Translations under genes and position numbers: made by a program
Shown: positions 51,963 to 64,000 of the stretch, in pieces
Numbering within the stretch: the stretch's first letter is position 1
Layout: each line of letters starts with the position of its first letter
The notes under the pieces: generated by a model
What the model was told of the DNA's origin: nothing
The model's database searches: none
What the model saw: the letters and a program-made list of their open reading frames with translations, nothing else
Assembly: GCA_050084515.1 (NCBI GenBank)
Contig: CM114271.1
Location: forward strand, 12,772,001 to 12,836,000
Length of the DNA stretch: 64,000 nt
Direction: 5' to 3'
DNA from: Blasia pusilla
Lineage: Eukaryota

Positions 51963-54900
51963 ATGATGGAGGGGATTGATGATGAAGGTAATTGGTATGC
52001 GGATCCGGAGACCATGTGGACGTACCAGACAGGCGATGAGAAGCGGAGAAATTTTTGGTATTTGAATGGACTGAGTTTCTGGGGTGTAAGAAACTATAAA
52101 CTCACTCTTGGTTCGTGTGGTTTCCGGTTTGGTTCTCTTTCTTCGTGTATCATGCGGTTTTTTGTTGCAATTCAGTTTTCTGCCTCTATCGCTGATTTTT
52201 GTTGGATGGCAGTTTCTGTGATGCTGCGTCGTTGCCTGATGTTGGGAGCGTTTGGAGTAGAGTACCTCTCGATGTGTCTTTCTCTGAGTCTTTGTACGTC
52301 GCTGATATAGTCAATCTTTTGCTATAGTTGAAGTACTACGCGTAGCGAATTTCATGCAATTACGATATTGGTGACCAGATTCTCCATCAGAAGAAAATCA
52401 AGATTGTCGCTGGACTGTGGTTCGAAAACTTTGAGCAGGACAAGAATTCCCTCACTTACCTTGATTATTTCTCTTGGAACAGGGTGTAGATCCAACTATA
52501 AATGGTGTTCTGTGCGGGTATGGCAATCTCAGTGGACGAGATTTAGTAGACAGCCATAAATTTCTGTTTGATTGCCTCAAATATCTAGTGCCGGATTATC
52601 GGCAGCGGCACACAGTGGCATTGGGTGAGTTTTTGCGAGTCTCAGAGCTTTAGTGGATTTTTCTCCTTCACTCCGAGAAATAACTTTCGTAGATTCCCGC
52701 TGGGTTCAGGTTCCTTGTTAGATTTTGGATGTATAGAGACGTAATCTTAGCGACCTCATTGCAGATTGCGGAGCTGGTATTGGCCGTGTAACGAAGAATC
52801 TGCTTGTACACTACGCTGATGAGGTTGGTTGGTAACATCTCTGTTCTAACTAACTCTAGAGTTGTATGTTTTACAATGATGTCGTCTCCCCGAAGTAGGA
52901 GCAACCTGCAGGTCCCTGCAACGATTGCGGGTCTCTGCGTCCAGGGCGCCCTCCTAAGTAAGCCGTGGCAGTAGTCAACCAAATGTGATAGGGTGAACTT
53001 GCAAGCAGGTCCTAGCTTGGGATGTGACCTGCAGCATACTTCACAAAGATTCCGCCTTCAAGACTGAGCTTATTCGAAGTTCTGCATCCGAAAATTTTAG
53101 TCACAGATTTTTTATAGTATGACGTGTTATGGCTAAAGTAGGATTCATTTGTCATGCATTTAAACAAAAGCTGCCAGATCTGCACATGGCTGGTTCCGGT
53201 GAATGTTTTTAATAGCTCTCTGAGACATTAGCATTAGCTATAGCATTCATTCAATCCTTCCTCCTGTTTTACATTCATATTCCTAGTGGATTGGCTACAT
53301 AACCATCCTAGGTTATATTTGTTGATAACTTGGACAGTGAGTGTTGTACATTAGTAAACACTGGAGTTTGAGCAGATGCCCGCAGCTGGTCCTTAGATTC
53401 ATGAGCACTGAGATTGAATAACTATGTTCGTACAGGTTGATCTCGTTGAGCCAGTTGAACACCTTCTGGATGCTGCTCGTGACGAGTTGCACTACGATTT
53501 TGTAGGCACCAAGCTAAGGAGTGTCAACTTTTACCATAATGCATTACAGGTTTGCTCACCAAAATTAGATGTGTTCATAACCGTGATCTGGAATTGAGTC
53601 TGTTTTGTACCTGTGTTTGGTGTCTTACTTTCAGCTGATTTGACTTAGAACTTGTGCTGCCACACAACCTCAATGGGTGGGTATGTAAAAGGCTGGAAAG
53701 TTCCTGTATGGATATTCTAGTGGTCTTATGCGTAGATTTCCGCTAAGCTGATTGTGGTTGGATAGCGTATTTTTTCGTTTTTGATCTCCGGAATGTTTTC
53801 TAAGTCATCTCACTCAGTCCATGTACGTTTGTCTCATGTGGGGAAATAAGGACTTTGTACCACCACCTGGAAGATATGACCTCATATGGATACAATGGTG
53901 CATAGGGCACCTGACAGATCCTGATGCTGCAGAATTTCTCCTTCGAGCCAAGGTAAGGAGATCTTAGCCTTTCTCCTAAAAGGCCTTGTAGATTAGTTTT
54001 GTGAATCTTAGATAGAGACATTGGTTTTCTTTCTAGCGGTCATATTCCTAGGTCATATACTAACTGAATGAGGGTGTATTGATTGTCTGGCAGTCTGGAC
54101 TCAAGCCGGGTGGTTTTATAGTGCTAAAGGAGAATATTGCAGTATCGGGTGAGTCTCAAGTATTTTGATTTGATCGATTTTATTCATTCTTCAAACTATC
54201 ATCCAGATGTAGAAATGAATCTGTCAATCAAAGGAATTGATTAGTAGACTGGATTTTTCCTGTTTCTAAAATGGAGTTTTATAAACAAGATGAATCCAGA
54301 AAGAATATTGGACTAGAGATCTTAGTTCGAATAAGTCAGAGATAGGCAACAATGTGAACTGTCTCACATCTGTATACAACGTAGTTGCCCATAAGTTGTG
54401 TTTCTGAAATGTCTGGGTGGCTTTGTCACTGGTTATTCTTTGAGGTCGTTCTAGGGATCCTTTATTTTCTTCTGAAGAGTATGAAATTTGAGTTTAAATT
54501 TTTCGTGGTATTGGAGATTCTTTTATTTAATCTTTTCATGGTCAGAACCATCGACTTTAGGAACGTCATGGTTCATTTTTTTTTCATAAATTTCAAGCTT
54601 TTACAGGTGGCTTATTAATATGTGACGAAAAGCCAAAGGGTATGTAGTTTGCTGATGAGGGGTTTATGTCTTCTAGGATTTGTATTGGATAGGGTGGACA
54701 GCTGTGTGACTCGATCAGATGCATATTTTCGAGATCTGTTCCAGCAAGCCGGACTATATGTTTATAAACATCGGGTATCTTCAACCAACCTTGAGCTATT
54801 TTTATGTGATGGCTGTGTTCCGCTTTACATCATTTCATAGGACTCTGGTGTGAATTAGGAGGATTCAGAGTAGAGTTGATCAAAAGAGAAGCGATTTAGT

Positions 54901-55269
54901 GAGGTATCTAAGTTGACAGTTCTCCATGTAGATGCAGTTTTGTGTTGAACAATAAGTGTTTTGAAATGTTGGATGGCTGCTAGTTTTATTTCATGCTAAT
55001 GAAGCAATGCTAGTTTGGGAATTTTTACTGTGTATTTTTGGAGGAATATAAGAGAACTTTAGCTGCTAGACGAGAAGAGTTCACTTGAAATGTCCACCAA
55101 GAACTAACATCTGTGATGTGTTTTACAGAGGCAAACTGCATTCCCTCGAGAGTTTTTTGGAGTGCAAATGTATTGTTTGACGACAGGATTCGTGAAGAAG
55201 CCCCCAAAGAACAAGAGGAATAAAGATGGGACCTGGCGAAAAGCGAAAAACCGTGCTGTTACCAAGTAG
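51963..55269 (+). CDS. NTMT1: Alpha N-terminal protein methyltransferase 1 (NTMT1/METTL11A/Tae1 family); exons 51963-52085, 52483-52624, 52765-52823, 53436-53549, 53851-53952, 54094-54148, 54677-54774, 55129-55269; start may be upstream at 51435
   Basis: GVDPTINGVLCGYG, ALDCGAGIGRVTKNLL, VDLVEPV, RYDLIWIQWCIGHLTD, GLKPGGFIVLKEN, FVLDRVDSCVTRSD. All junctions are GT-AG and in frame. Confidence 0.93.
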
Positions 55270-55740
55270 GCTCATTATGAGAAGTAGGTTGCGCTTTTTG
55301 ATGATTCCTAATATGTTGGAATATAATTAGCTCCTCACAGGTATGCAATTCTTCAATCTTGTTGACCTAGTTGTTCTCAAGTTCTGCTTTGATGCCTCAT
55401 TCTGTATTTTTTCTGCCTGAAACAAAGGGATTATGTGGTTGGATAACAGATCTACTGATGTGGCTGAAGCCTGTGTAAATAAGATCTGTGATTAGAATTT
55501 CTTCGATTTCCTGTGTATACGATAACAAGTTGGTTGAGGTAGCCTATTAAATTTGAAACTAGTTTTTGTGTCGAGAGTTGTTCCCCGAGATCCAGTAGTT
55601 TCTTCCAGCTGAACAACATCCAGTAGTGTTCTACATAGCATGGTTAGCTTTCTTCACACATTAGGTTTCTTTCCGGCTACAGGGATACATTTCGTCACGT
55701 TGTTTCCCGGCCTGCTCATTAATTATAGAAACATTCGAGC

Positions 55741-55743
<3 letters not shown>

Positions 55744-55778
<35 letters not shown>

Positions 55779-55785
55779 TATATAT
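55744..55785. repeat. (TA)n microsatellite
   Basis: Directly visible. Confidence 0.9.
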
Positions 55786-58297
55786 GTGAATTTATAGGGT
55801 ATGATGTATTTGGGGTTGGCTGGGATATAACAGATATGAATGTAAACCGTCAGTTTGATGAATCCAGGGGGGCAATAATTTTCTTGCAGGTCTGGGAAAT
55901 GGAAGCCAGACTGTGCTAGCTGTTTGGTGCAAAGGTGCAACTGTGGCCTTCTTACACTAATCTTGATTGCAGGATTAAGTATGTCGAGGGGCCAAGAGAC
56001 ATCGAGAACAAGTGCCTATGGGGTTGGGGTTGGGGTTCTGCCTTCTCAAAAGAAAATGAGGGTGCCCTGAGGAACGGGATGCAGCTTGTGGGTCGTCCTG
56101 TTGCGTTGGCCGCTTGCTCAGAAGCTGCATGGGAGACAGGTGGCTAAGCAATATAATGTGGAGGAGGAACGCTGGTGACGTCAACCATGGTAGTCTGCTT
56201 CGTGCAGGACATTCGATTCAGTGTGCTTGTTGAACTGAGCTGGTGGAACTCTTTTTGAGGTGGTGGATCTTAAGCCAGAGATCCGACAATGTCGACTTAG
56301 TTCTTTTCACGAATAAGTGGGAGTAGAAATATCATCGTTCTGTAAAGTAACCAAGGCCAGGGATCATACCTGTTAAATCAACCTTACGGAAGTGGGCTAC
56401 TCAGGTGAATCAGCTCCCGTCGTTTGCTGTGTCATCACATAGCATGTCGCTTTTATTGAACAATTGTTTCCATGGATGTTTGATACCAGATGTCTTGTGG
56501 AGTGCTCTACACAAGGCGTATCGTAATGGGATTGGGGATATTCCGTCTTTTAATAACGACAGTGCCAAACAGGAAAACTCTCTTGGTTTGTGATTGGTGA
56601 CCAGCTTGGTTCCTTTCCCCGGATCACCTCCAATTTCTAATTGAATCGAGTCGTGCAGATAGGTCTAATGCGCGCTGGGAAACCCTTCCCTAGGTTATTC
56701 GTAGAAGATTCAGTTGTAAAAAGATGATGGGAATGGAAGTTGTGAAGAAATGCTCTTGGCTAACTATCGTGTCAAGCTGTGCATGTCGGGTCCATTTAAG
56801 TCCCGATACAGGAGATAGATTTGGCCATGAATAAAAGATGGCAGCAGTATTTGCTTGCCCAACATGGGTTATCATGGATTAGAAGGTTTCCAGTGAAAGA
56901 GTCGATGTAGTGCTAAGGGGAGAAGCCAGCAAACTATGTATAATGGAAATACCGGCTCATTCTACTGTTTGGTACCTCGATTTGGAACAACAGAATAGTG
57001 GATAAGATGGAAATGACCGGTGGTGTTAGTTATCTGATCATAATTGGTCCATAAAGACTCTCGAACCACAAAGGTAGATGGGAAGGAAATGTTGAAATAA
57101 ACACAATGTTGACAATGTGTCAATTATTGTGTTTATGGCACATCTTACAAAATACAAGTTCTTTTTTGAATTCCTCAATTGTTCGATGAGATCTGATGTG
57201 ACTTTTTAGACGGTCGATTGAAATTTTCTTTCTTAATCAAATACTCCCATGTTTTAGTAGTCGTTAGTCCTTTCGTTCTTCTCCACGTTGTATTATTTTA
57301 GTTGTGTTGTGTTTGCCATGTTAATTTCATGTCGGAAGTACCATGGCAAGTAGAAGTATCGTCTTGCCTTCATTTCTTCCCGTAGTTTCCTCCGCCGTGT
57401 TAATATTACTCCTCAGAACCGTCTTTAAAAATCCAAACCTGCGCCCCTCAAGATATAATTTACCTCGGATGTTATGGCATCGCCCTCAATATCAGAGGTA
57501 TATAGAAGTGAGCCTAGAACGGGATAACTACAAAGCTATGACTTTTAGAGTAGAAGTTGATTACTCCTACGATTGATGGTAGATCTATAGATCGAAGATT
57601 GATGATAGGTCTGTAGGTTGGACATTATTTTAGAAATTATTTACAGTGGAAGTGTGATATGAAAACTTTCCCTCATGGATGTATCCAATTGGATATTTTC
57701 ATCCATGAAAATTTTTTTAATCTCTATTTTTTTATTAAAGACACTCCAATTATAATATAGATAACAAGTCCCAAAAATGGAGAACTATTATTTGAAGGCT
57801 TTGGGAATATGTTGCAATTCTATAATTTAACATGTAAAAAACTAACTTAAACAAAATTGTAGGTACATTTCTTGCATTTTTATAATGAAAAATTGAACTT
57901 GAAACCTTTTATTTGAAAAAATAAAAAACTTTATCACCTCTCATAATTAATTTGAAAAATAATTATTTTCATTTTTTTTTCAATTAAAATTTGGACTCTT
58001 TGGAAACTAAGTTTGATTGAAAACAAATCCTTTAAGAAAATAGTTCCTTTGTAGAAAATGGGGAAAAAGGAATATGAAAAAGAAACATGAGAAAATTACA
58101 CGGACCTTGGATTATTTTTTACTAGATTTTTTTTAGGACAAAAATTAATGAAGATGACCAAGGAAATTTGTAAAAATTGTGAGGGGGAATCAAGAAATAT
58201 TAAAGATATGAAAATGATGTAAATAGGAAAATTTAATTAATAACTAAACCTCTATCCCCTTTTTTCCATTCTCAACTTAGCTTAATATAGTGTAATA

Positions 58298-58488
58298 CTA
58301 GACAGTGCCTCGTGCTCCTTATGGTGAAAAACATCCGAACCATAGGAAGCATATGCTAATGGAGTTCAATCAGTGTTATGTTAATTTAATTGTCTATTAC
58401 ACGTGTTATAAGGGGAAGAGGCTAAAATACATATTTGTCATCACAGGAGGCAAGGGTTCTGAAACCCGTCCTCTTTTAGTAGTATAGA
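58298..58488 (-). mobile_element. Short non-autonomous Helitron-like element
   Basis: Minus strand reads A|TCTATACTACTAAAAG ... GCACGAGGCACTGTCTAG|T. Confidence 0.6.
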
Positions 58489-59623
58489 TTAAAAAAATCA
58501 AGTGTGAAAGGCTTCATAAGACAAACATAGATAACTTGTCAAGAAAGAGGCTAAACGCAAATACGGTTATGATTTTGGAAGAGTGGGTACATAATAAAAT
58601 AGAAGACATTGATTTTACATGAGTGAGTTAAGGCGTGATTCCATGGGCCATCTCAAATTTGCGACGTTGGAAGTTATGGTAGATCAAGGATATCTAATGG
58701 TTATTATTCCTTTGCAACGATGAGTGTTGGCACTTTCTCATCGACGTCCCTGATTTCTTACGGGGTCGTTGAGTTTCTTGCGACCAATAGTTTTGGGCGC
58801 AAGAAGGCTGCGGCTTCCTTGTACCCTACCATACCTTCCATGGTTAGTTAAAATTTGAAAGCAGACCGGTTCATCTGGAAAAATTGCACTATAGAATTTC
58901 TTGTTAGAAATTCTTGGGCGACCTTGACGAGGCATGGATAGAGGAGCATACACTTTAATTCTTATGAGCTTCTTGAGAAATTCTTGTGGATGATAACCAA
59001 CACGATGCAAGATAGGTAGCGGAGCCGAGTCCGTGTGTCACTGACTTATAAATGTTGTTTCTTGATTTGTGAAAAATTGACTTCACAATCATCATTGGCG
59101 CATGCGGCTTGACCATTGAGCGCTTTGTGGAGAAATTCCTGAGTAAAACCTATCGCTAATGGATGTGGAGAGAAGGAATGGGTAGATTTGGAATCTTTTT
59201 TAAGTTCGCATGGAGAATTTGCGAAGAAATGTGGGGTGAAAATAGAGACCTACAATTATAAGGTCATGGTACTGTAGGAGAGTATCAATATTTTCTATCA
59301 AGGTCTATGATTGTAGGATCCTTCATGACCTATCTTAGTTGGTAGGAAAGCACATACAATGTAGATGGATGTCAAATTTTCAACTCCTTGGGTGAAAGAG
59401 AAATACGCCCGTGTGAGTAAAAGCAAGCAAGCAGTTTGGGAATTGGAAAAAGAGGGCAATGCATATGTACAACAGTCTTATTTTAACTACATAGAACACT
59501 AGCCCAAGAATTCAGATCACAAAGATCTCAAATTCTGTAGATTCTATGAAAATATACTGAGCTGTCCTCACCGTGAAGCAATTGCTCAGAAGTTGTGGAC
59601 ATTGAGTAAGTGATGCAATCTTG

Positions 59624-60474
59624 GGAAATTTCCCACCCGTCTCGACAATAATCCGAGAGAGCAGACTTGGTCTATGGTAGAGTAGAGTACGGCGATGATG
59701 CGGAGACTGCAAGAATGCAATGCATCTCAACTCACAAAATATCACCTTCACATGAATATAAAATTGGCTAGCTATGAAGGTTGCACGCAAATAAGGAGTT
59801 CTCATATCCAGTGGTGAGGGTATTGGTAGGATTGCACACGAAAAAATTAAGGTCCGTCCCTAGGATAGACATGTCCGTGCGGGCCTGAATATCTGAGGCC
59901 CGCACCCAAGCCCGCTTGCCAAGCCTATAGCACACACTTGGGCTGGCTCAACCCGCACAAGTTTTTTGGCCCATGTGGAACCCGCACCAGCCCACGGCAA
60001 GCAAGCAGATGCAAATGATGAATGTTTTAATCAGAATTAGAAAAAATAGATGCTTTCTCAGGAAATTTCCCACCCGCCTCGACAATAATCGGAGAGAGAA
60101 GACTCGGTCTACGATAGAGTAGAGTACGACGATGCTGTGAGCACTGCAAAAATGCAATATATCTCAGCTCAAAAAAATCACCTTCCCATGAATATAAAAT
60201 CGACTAGCTTTGAGGGTTGCAAGCGAATAAGGAGTTCTTGTACCTTGTGGTGAGGGTATTGGCAGGGTTGCACACGAACGAATTAAGGTCAGTCCCTAGG
60301 ATGGACATGTTCGTGCGGGCTTGAGAACCCGAGAACCCGAGGCTCACACCCAAGCCCGTCTGCCAAGCCTGTAGCGCAAACTTGGGCTGGACGAGCCCGC
60401 ATCGATCTTTTGGCCCACGGGCAGGCCGCACCGATCTTTTGGCCCACAGGCAGCCCGCACTAGCCCACGGCAAG
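59624..60474 (+). repeat. Diverged tandem duplication (period about 437 bp) containing GCCCGC/CCCACGG-rich DNA-transposon-like ends
   Basis: GGAAATTTCCCACCCG.CTCGACAATAATC at 59624 and 60061. TAGGAT.GACATGT.CGTGCGGGC at 59861 and 60297. Confidence 0.75.
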
Positions 60475-60589
60475 CCCGTAGCCAAGTGCTCAAGGCGGGT
60501 TGGGCCCAGCCGCGGGGCTTGTGTGGGATGGGCTCAGCCCAAGGGGAACCTAGCCCGCCTTGGGCAGTCTCGCCATACTTGGGCAGTCT

Positions 60590-61048
60590 TCAAGATTAAC
60601 CTTAAGCTTGAAAAATCCGAATAGCCCAATGCCTACCAAAACGGTTCAGGTAGTGGATAGGGGCGAGATTCGAGGAGATCAAGATAGCATGGTTGATCAA
60701 GTGAGACACCCTTGGACTTCTTGGTGTGGAAAACTGCTAAACAAGCATAACTGGTGGAAAACGGCTCTCATACACACACACACACACACACACCACCATG
60801 GAGAACAAAATTTGCAATGAGAGAATGAGTGGAGGCTGATCCTCTTCTCAATTATATAGGGTATATACAAGCAACCCTAAACCTACCCTTAATCATAGTC
60901 TCGAGTTAGACTAACTATGATTAACTAACCCTAGTTAAGATAATCGTGCTTAACTGACTAACCAAGATTAAGCTTCCCTACTTCGTGTGAGTACCAAATG
61001 TAGCAGTTCAGGTGTCTCATGAGCTTGACTGTAACTCAATCTTCAATA
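60590..61048 (-). mobile_element. 3' LTR of the Ty1/Copia element
   Basis: Immediately follows the polypurine tract GAGGGGGAG (minus strand, 61049-61057). The distal boundary is approximate. Confidence 0.6.
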
Positions 61049-64000
61049 CTCCCCCTCAAGCTCATATCGATATCTCTAATGCCTAAATCCTTTCTAAACA
61101 TCTCAAACTTATCTCTAGATAATGCCTTTGTAAAGATATCAGCAATTTGCTGATCTGTACCTATATACACAAGATCAATTTCTCCTGCAAGCACTTTCTC
61201 TGTGATAAAATAATAGTGCACCTCAACATGCTTTGTACGAGCATGAAACACAAGGTTATTAGCAAGTTTGATGCTACTAATATTGTCTGCATATATTACA
61301 CTAGGTCCTAAGTTACTAACACCAATCTCAACAAGTAATCGATGAAGCCACACCGCCTCACATGCTGCACTGGTTGCTCCTCTATACTCAGCCTCTGTTC
61401 AAGATAAAGCAACTGTAGGTTGCTTCTTTGAAGCCCAACTTATAGCTACGCTTCCCAAAGTAAATGAATAACCAGATGTGGAGTGTCGATCAGACACGCT
61501 TCCTGCCCAATCAGCATCTGTGAATCCTTGTAATTGAAAACTCGGAGAAGGTTCAAATAGAAGCCCGAATTGAATAGAGAATTTCACATACCGCATAATC
61601 CTCCCCATAACATCAAGGTGAGGTTTTCGAGGTGCTTGCATAAATTGGCTCATTAGGCCAACAAAATAGCTCAAATGTGGTCTGGTTATAGTCAGTTAGA
61701 TCAAACTTCCAACCTTGCGCATGTATATATTAGAATCTGTAAGAAACTCTCCTTTATCCACTCTTAGCTTCACGCTCTGGTCCAATGGTGTAGAGATTGG
61801 CTTACAAGCCGTCATACCATATTTTGAAAGCATATGAAGAACATATGCTCTCTCCAACCTTGATAAACTCAATACCAAGGAAGTACTTGAGTTCTCCAAA
61901 GTCCTTCATATCAAATTCTGCTTATAACTTAAGCTTGACTTGTTGTACCATTTCTTCAGTACTCCCAGTAATCAAGAGATTATCAATATATAACACAATG
62001 AGAACTGTATGATCTTGTCCTCTCAAGACATATAACGTGGAGTCAAAATCACATACTCTAAAACCCAACTCTTGAAGGACGTATGTAATCTTGCCATACC
62101 AAGCTCTTAGAGCTTGTTTGAGCCCGTATAGAGCTTTCTTCAACCTGCATACACGAAATGGAAACTTGGGATACTCCTATCCAGGTGCTTGAGTCATATA
62201 TACCTCCTCGTATAGATCTCCATTCAAGAAGGCATTCTTGACGTCCATGTGATGTAATCTCCACTTCTTACTTATTACAACTGCAACCACTGTTCTCGTA
62301 GTCGCCATCTTTGCAACATGACTAAATGTTTCCTCATAATCGATACCATATTGTTGTGCATAGCCCTTAGCCACCAAACTCGCTTTGTATATGTAAATTG
62401 TACCATCTTGATTGCGCTTGATTTTGTAAATCCATTTGCAACCAATAGCTTCCTTAGCGGAAGGTATATCAACCAGCTCCCATGTTTGTTGATGTCTTAA
62501 TGGAGCAAGCTCTTCCTCCATAGCTTCAATCCATTCGGCTTTACTCATAGCTTCTTCAAAACAACTCGGCTCTTGCTCTTGAAGGGTAGTCATCATATAT
62601 GCATGATGTGTCGCAAGGAAACCTTCATTTATGAATCTATAAACTGGATATGTAACTCTACTTGATCTACAAAGTTGTTGTTCAAAGGTAGATGCCTCTG
62701 ACACCTGACTCGAGTTCTGTCTAGTGTTAACAGATTGAATATGTACTCTTCTCATCCATGGACTTACAGATTTAACCGATGAATCTAGGACCTCTCCTAA
62801 TCCTACACTAGTACTTAGGGAAGTTGAAGACAATGTCTGTTGGTTTAAAGTCATATTCTCCATGGAACAGACAAGTTTAGAGGTGGAATAGGCTTAGATG
62901 GAGCATAACATGACTTTAGCTGATCAAAGACAACATCCCGACTAATAATAAGCTGCTTAGAGGATGGAATGTAGCACTTATATCCTTTAGTTCCATCAGC
63001 ATAGCCAATGAATATACATCTTTCAGACTTGGGGTCTGATTTTTGACGTCTCTCAGAAGGAACATGAGCATAAAAAATACAACCAAATACTTTCAAGAAG
63101 GAAAAATCAGGTTTACTTCCTGTGAAGACTTCGAATGGAGTTTTATCATGAACTTCTGCGGTTGGAGTTTGGTTGATTAAGAAGACTGCACATGCTACAA
63201 CCTCTGCCCAATACACCTTAGGCATGTTCTTCTCATTCAACATAGCTCGTGCCGCTTCAGCAATTTGTTGATTCTTCCTCTCAGCCACTCTAATTTATTG
63301 TGGAGTGTAACGGCAAGTCACTTGACGTTGGATGTCATTCTGACGTAAATAGTCATCAAACTCTCTTGAAAGATACTCTCCTTCTCCATCACAACGTAAT
63401 TTTAGAATGTGTTGTCTAGTCTGCTTCTCTACTAGAACTCTAAATGTTTGGAACACTGAGAATACCTCTGACTTGGCTTTCAGATGGTATACCTATATAT
63501 ACTTAGAGAAGTCATCAATAAATGAAACAAAGTACTAGCAACCACTAAGGTTATGTTGTGATGTTGTCCACACATCAGTGTGGATCAATTCCAATATCTT
63601 GGATGCTCTTCTACCTTGCTTTGGAGAAGGAAATCTAGCTTGTTTTCCAAATTGGCAAGCTGGACATACCTCTAACGTAGCAGGACTCGCTAATTTAGGG
63701 AGTCCTACTACTATATTAGATGATAAAAGATTATGTAATCTTTGAAGATTCATATGTCCAATTCTTTTATGCCACACATTTAGATCTGTGATTTGTTGGC
63801 CGGTTTGACCATACATTGCTATTTGAATCTCTGGCATAGAAACATCTAATTTGAACATTTTGCTAGATCTATTTTTTTGGCTATCATAGTCTGGTCATCT
63901 ATTATTTCAATGAAACAACCATTTGCATTAAACTTCACTTGATAACCATGTTCTACTATGTTTCCTACAGAGATCTGATTTCTTGCAATGGTAGGAACAT
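61036..64000 (-). mobile_element. Ty1/Copia retrotransposon pol (integrase-RT-RNase H), degenerate, continues beyond the window
   Basis: [53 protein letters not shown] (decayed YVDD), FTDADWAG and HARTKHVEVHY in Copia domain order. Several frameshifts and stops. Confidence 0.95.

Noticed and set aside
43291-55269. Functional link between SERRATE/NTMT1 and the methyltransferase-bearing transposon
   Set aside because: These are ordinary conserved host genes about 27 kb away. NTMT1 is a protein methyltransferase, and proximity alone is not evidence.

Overview
Eukaryotic land-plant genomic DNA with spliceosomal introns; the lineage is probably non-seed-plant, but that is not provable from the window. 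It carries two intact host genes: a 12-coding-exon SERRATE/ARS2 gene (43291-50082) and an 8-exon alpha-N-terminal protein methyltransferase NTMT1 gene (about 51963-55269). There is also one unidentified spliced gene (about 33.5-35.2 kb). The rest is transposon-rich: a degenerate autonomous-type Helitron (18858-27765) with short non-autonomous relatives, LTR-like repeats, and a degenerate Ty1/Copia element running off the right end. The most striking object is in the first 16 kb. It is a ~12.1 kb Mutator-like (MULE) DNA transposon (2437-~14583) nested in the opposite orientation inside a sibling copy, with a target-site duplication. Besides its DDE/SWIM transposase it carries a divergently transcribed, intron-containing cargo gene. 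That gene fuses a ParB/Srx-like domain to a bacterial-type beta-class N4-cytosine/N6-adenine DNA methyltransferase fold. All non-coding parts of the element are studded with dozens of copies of one 27-bp palindrome (GCAACCCGTCGGA-N-TCCGACGGGTTGC). This suggests a transposon-encoded self-recognition or epigenetic marking (anti-silencing) system. Both genes are pseudogenised in this copy, and the domain calls rest on motif recognition by eye.
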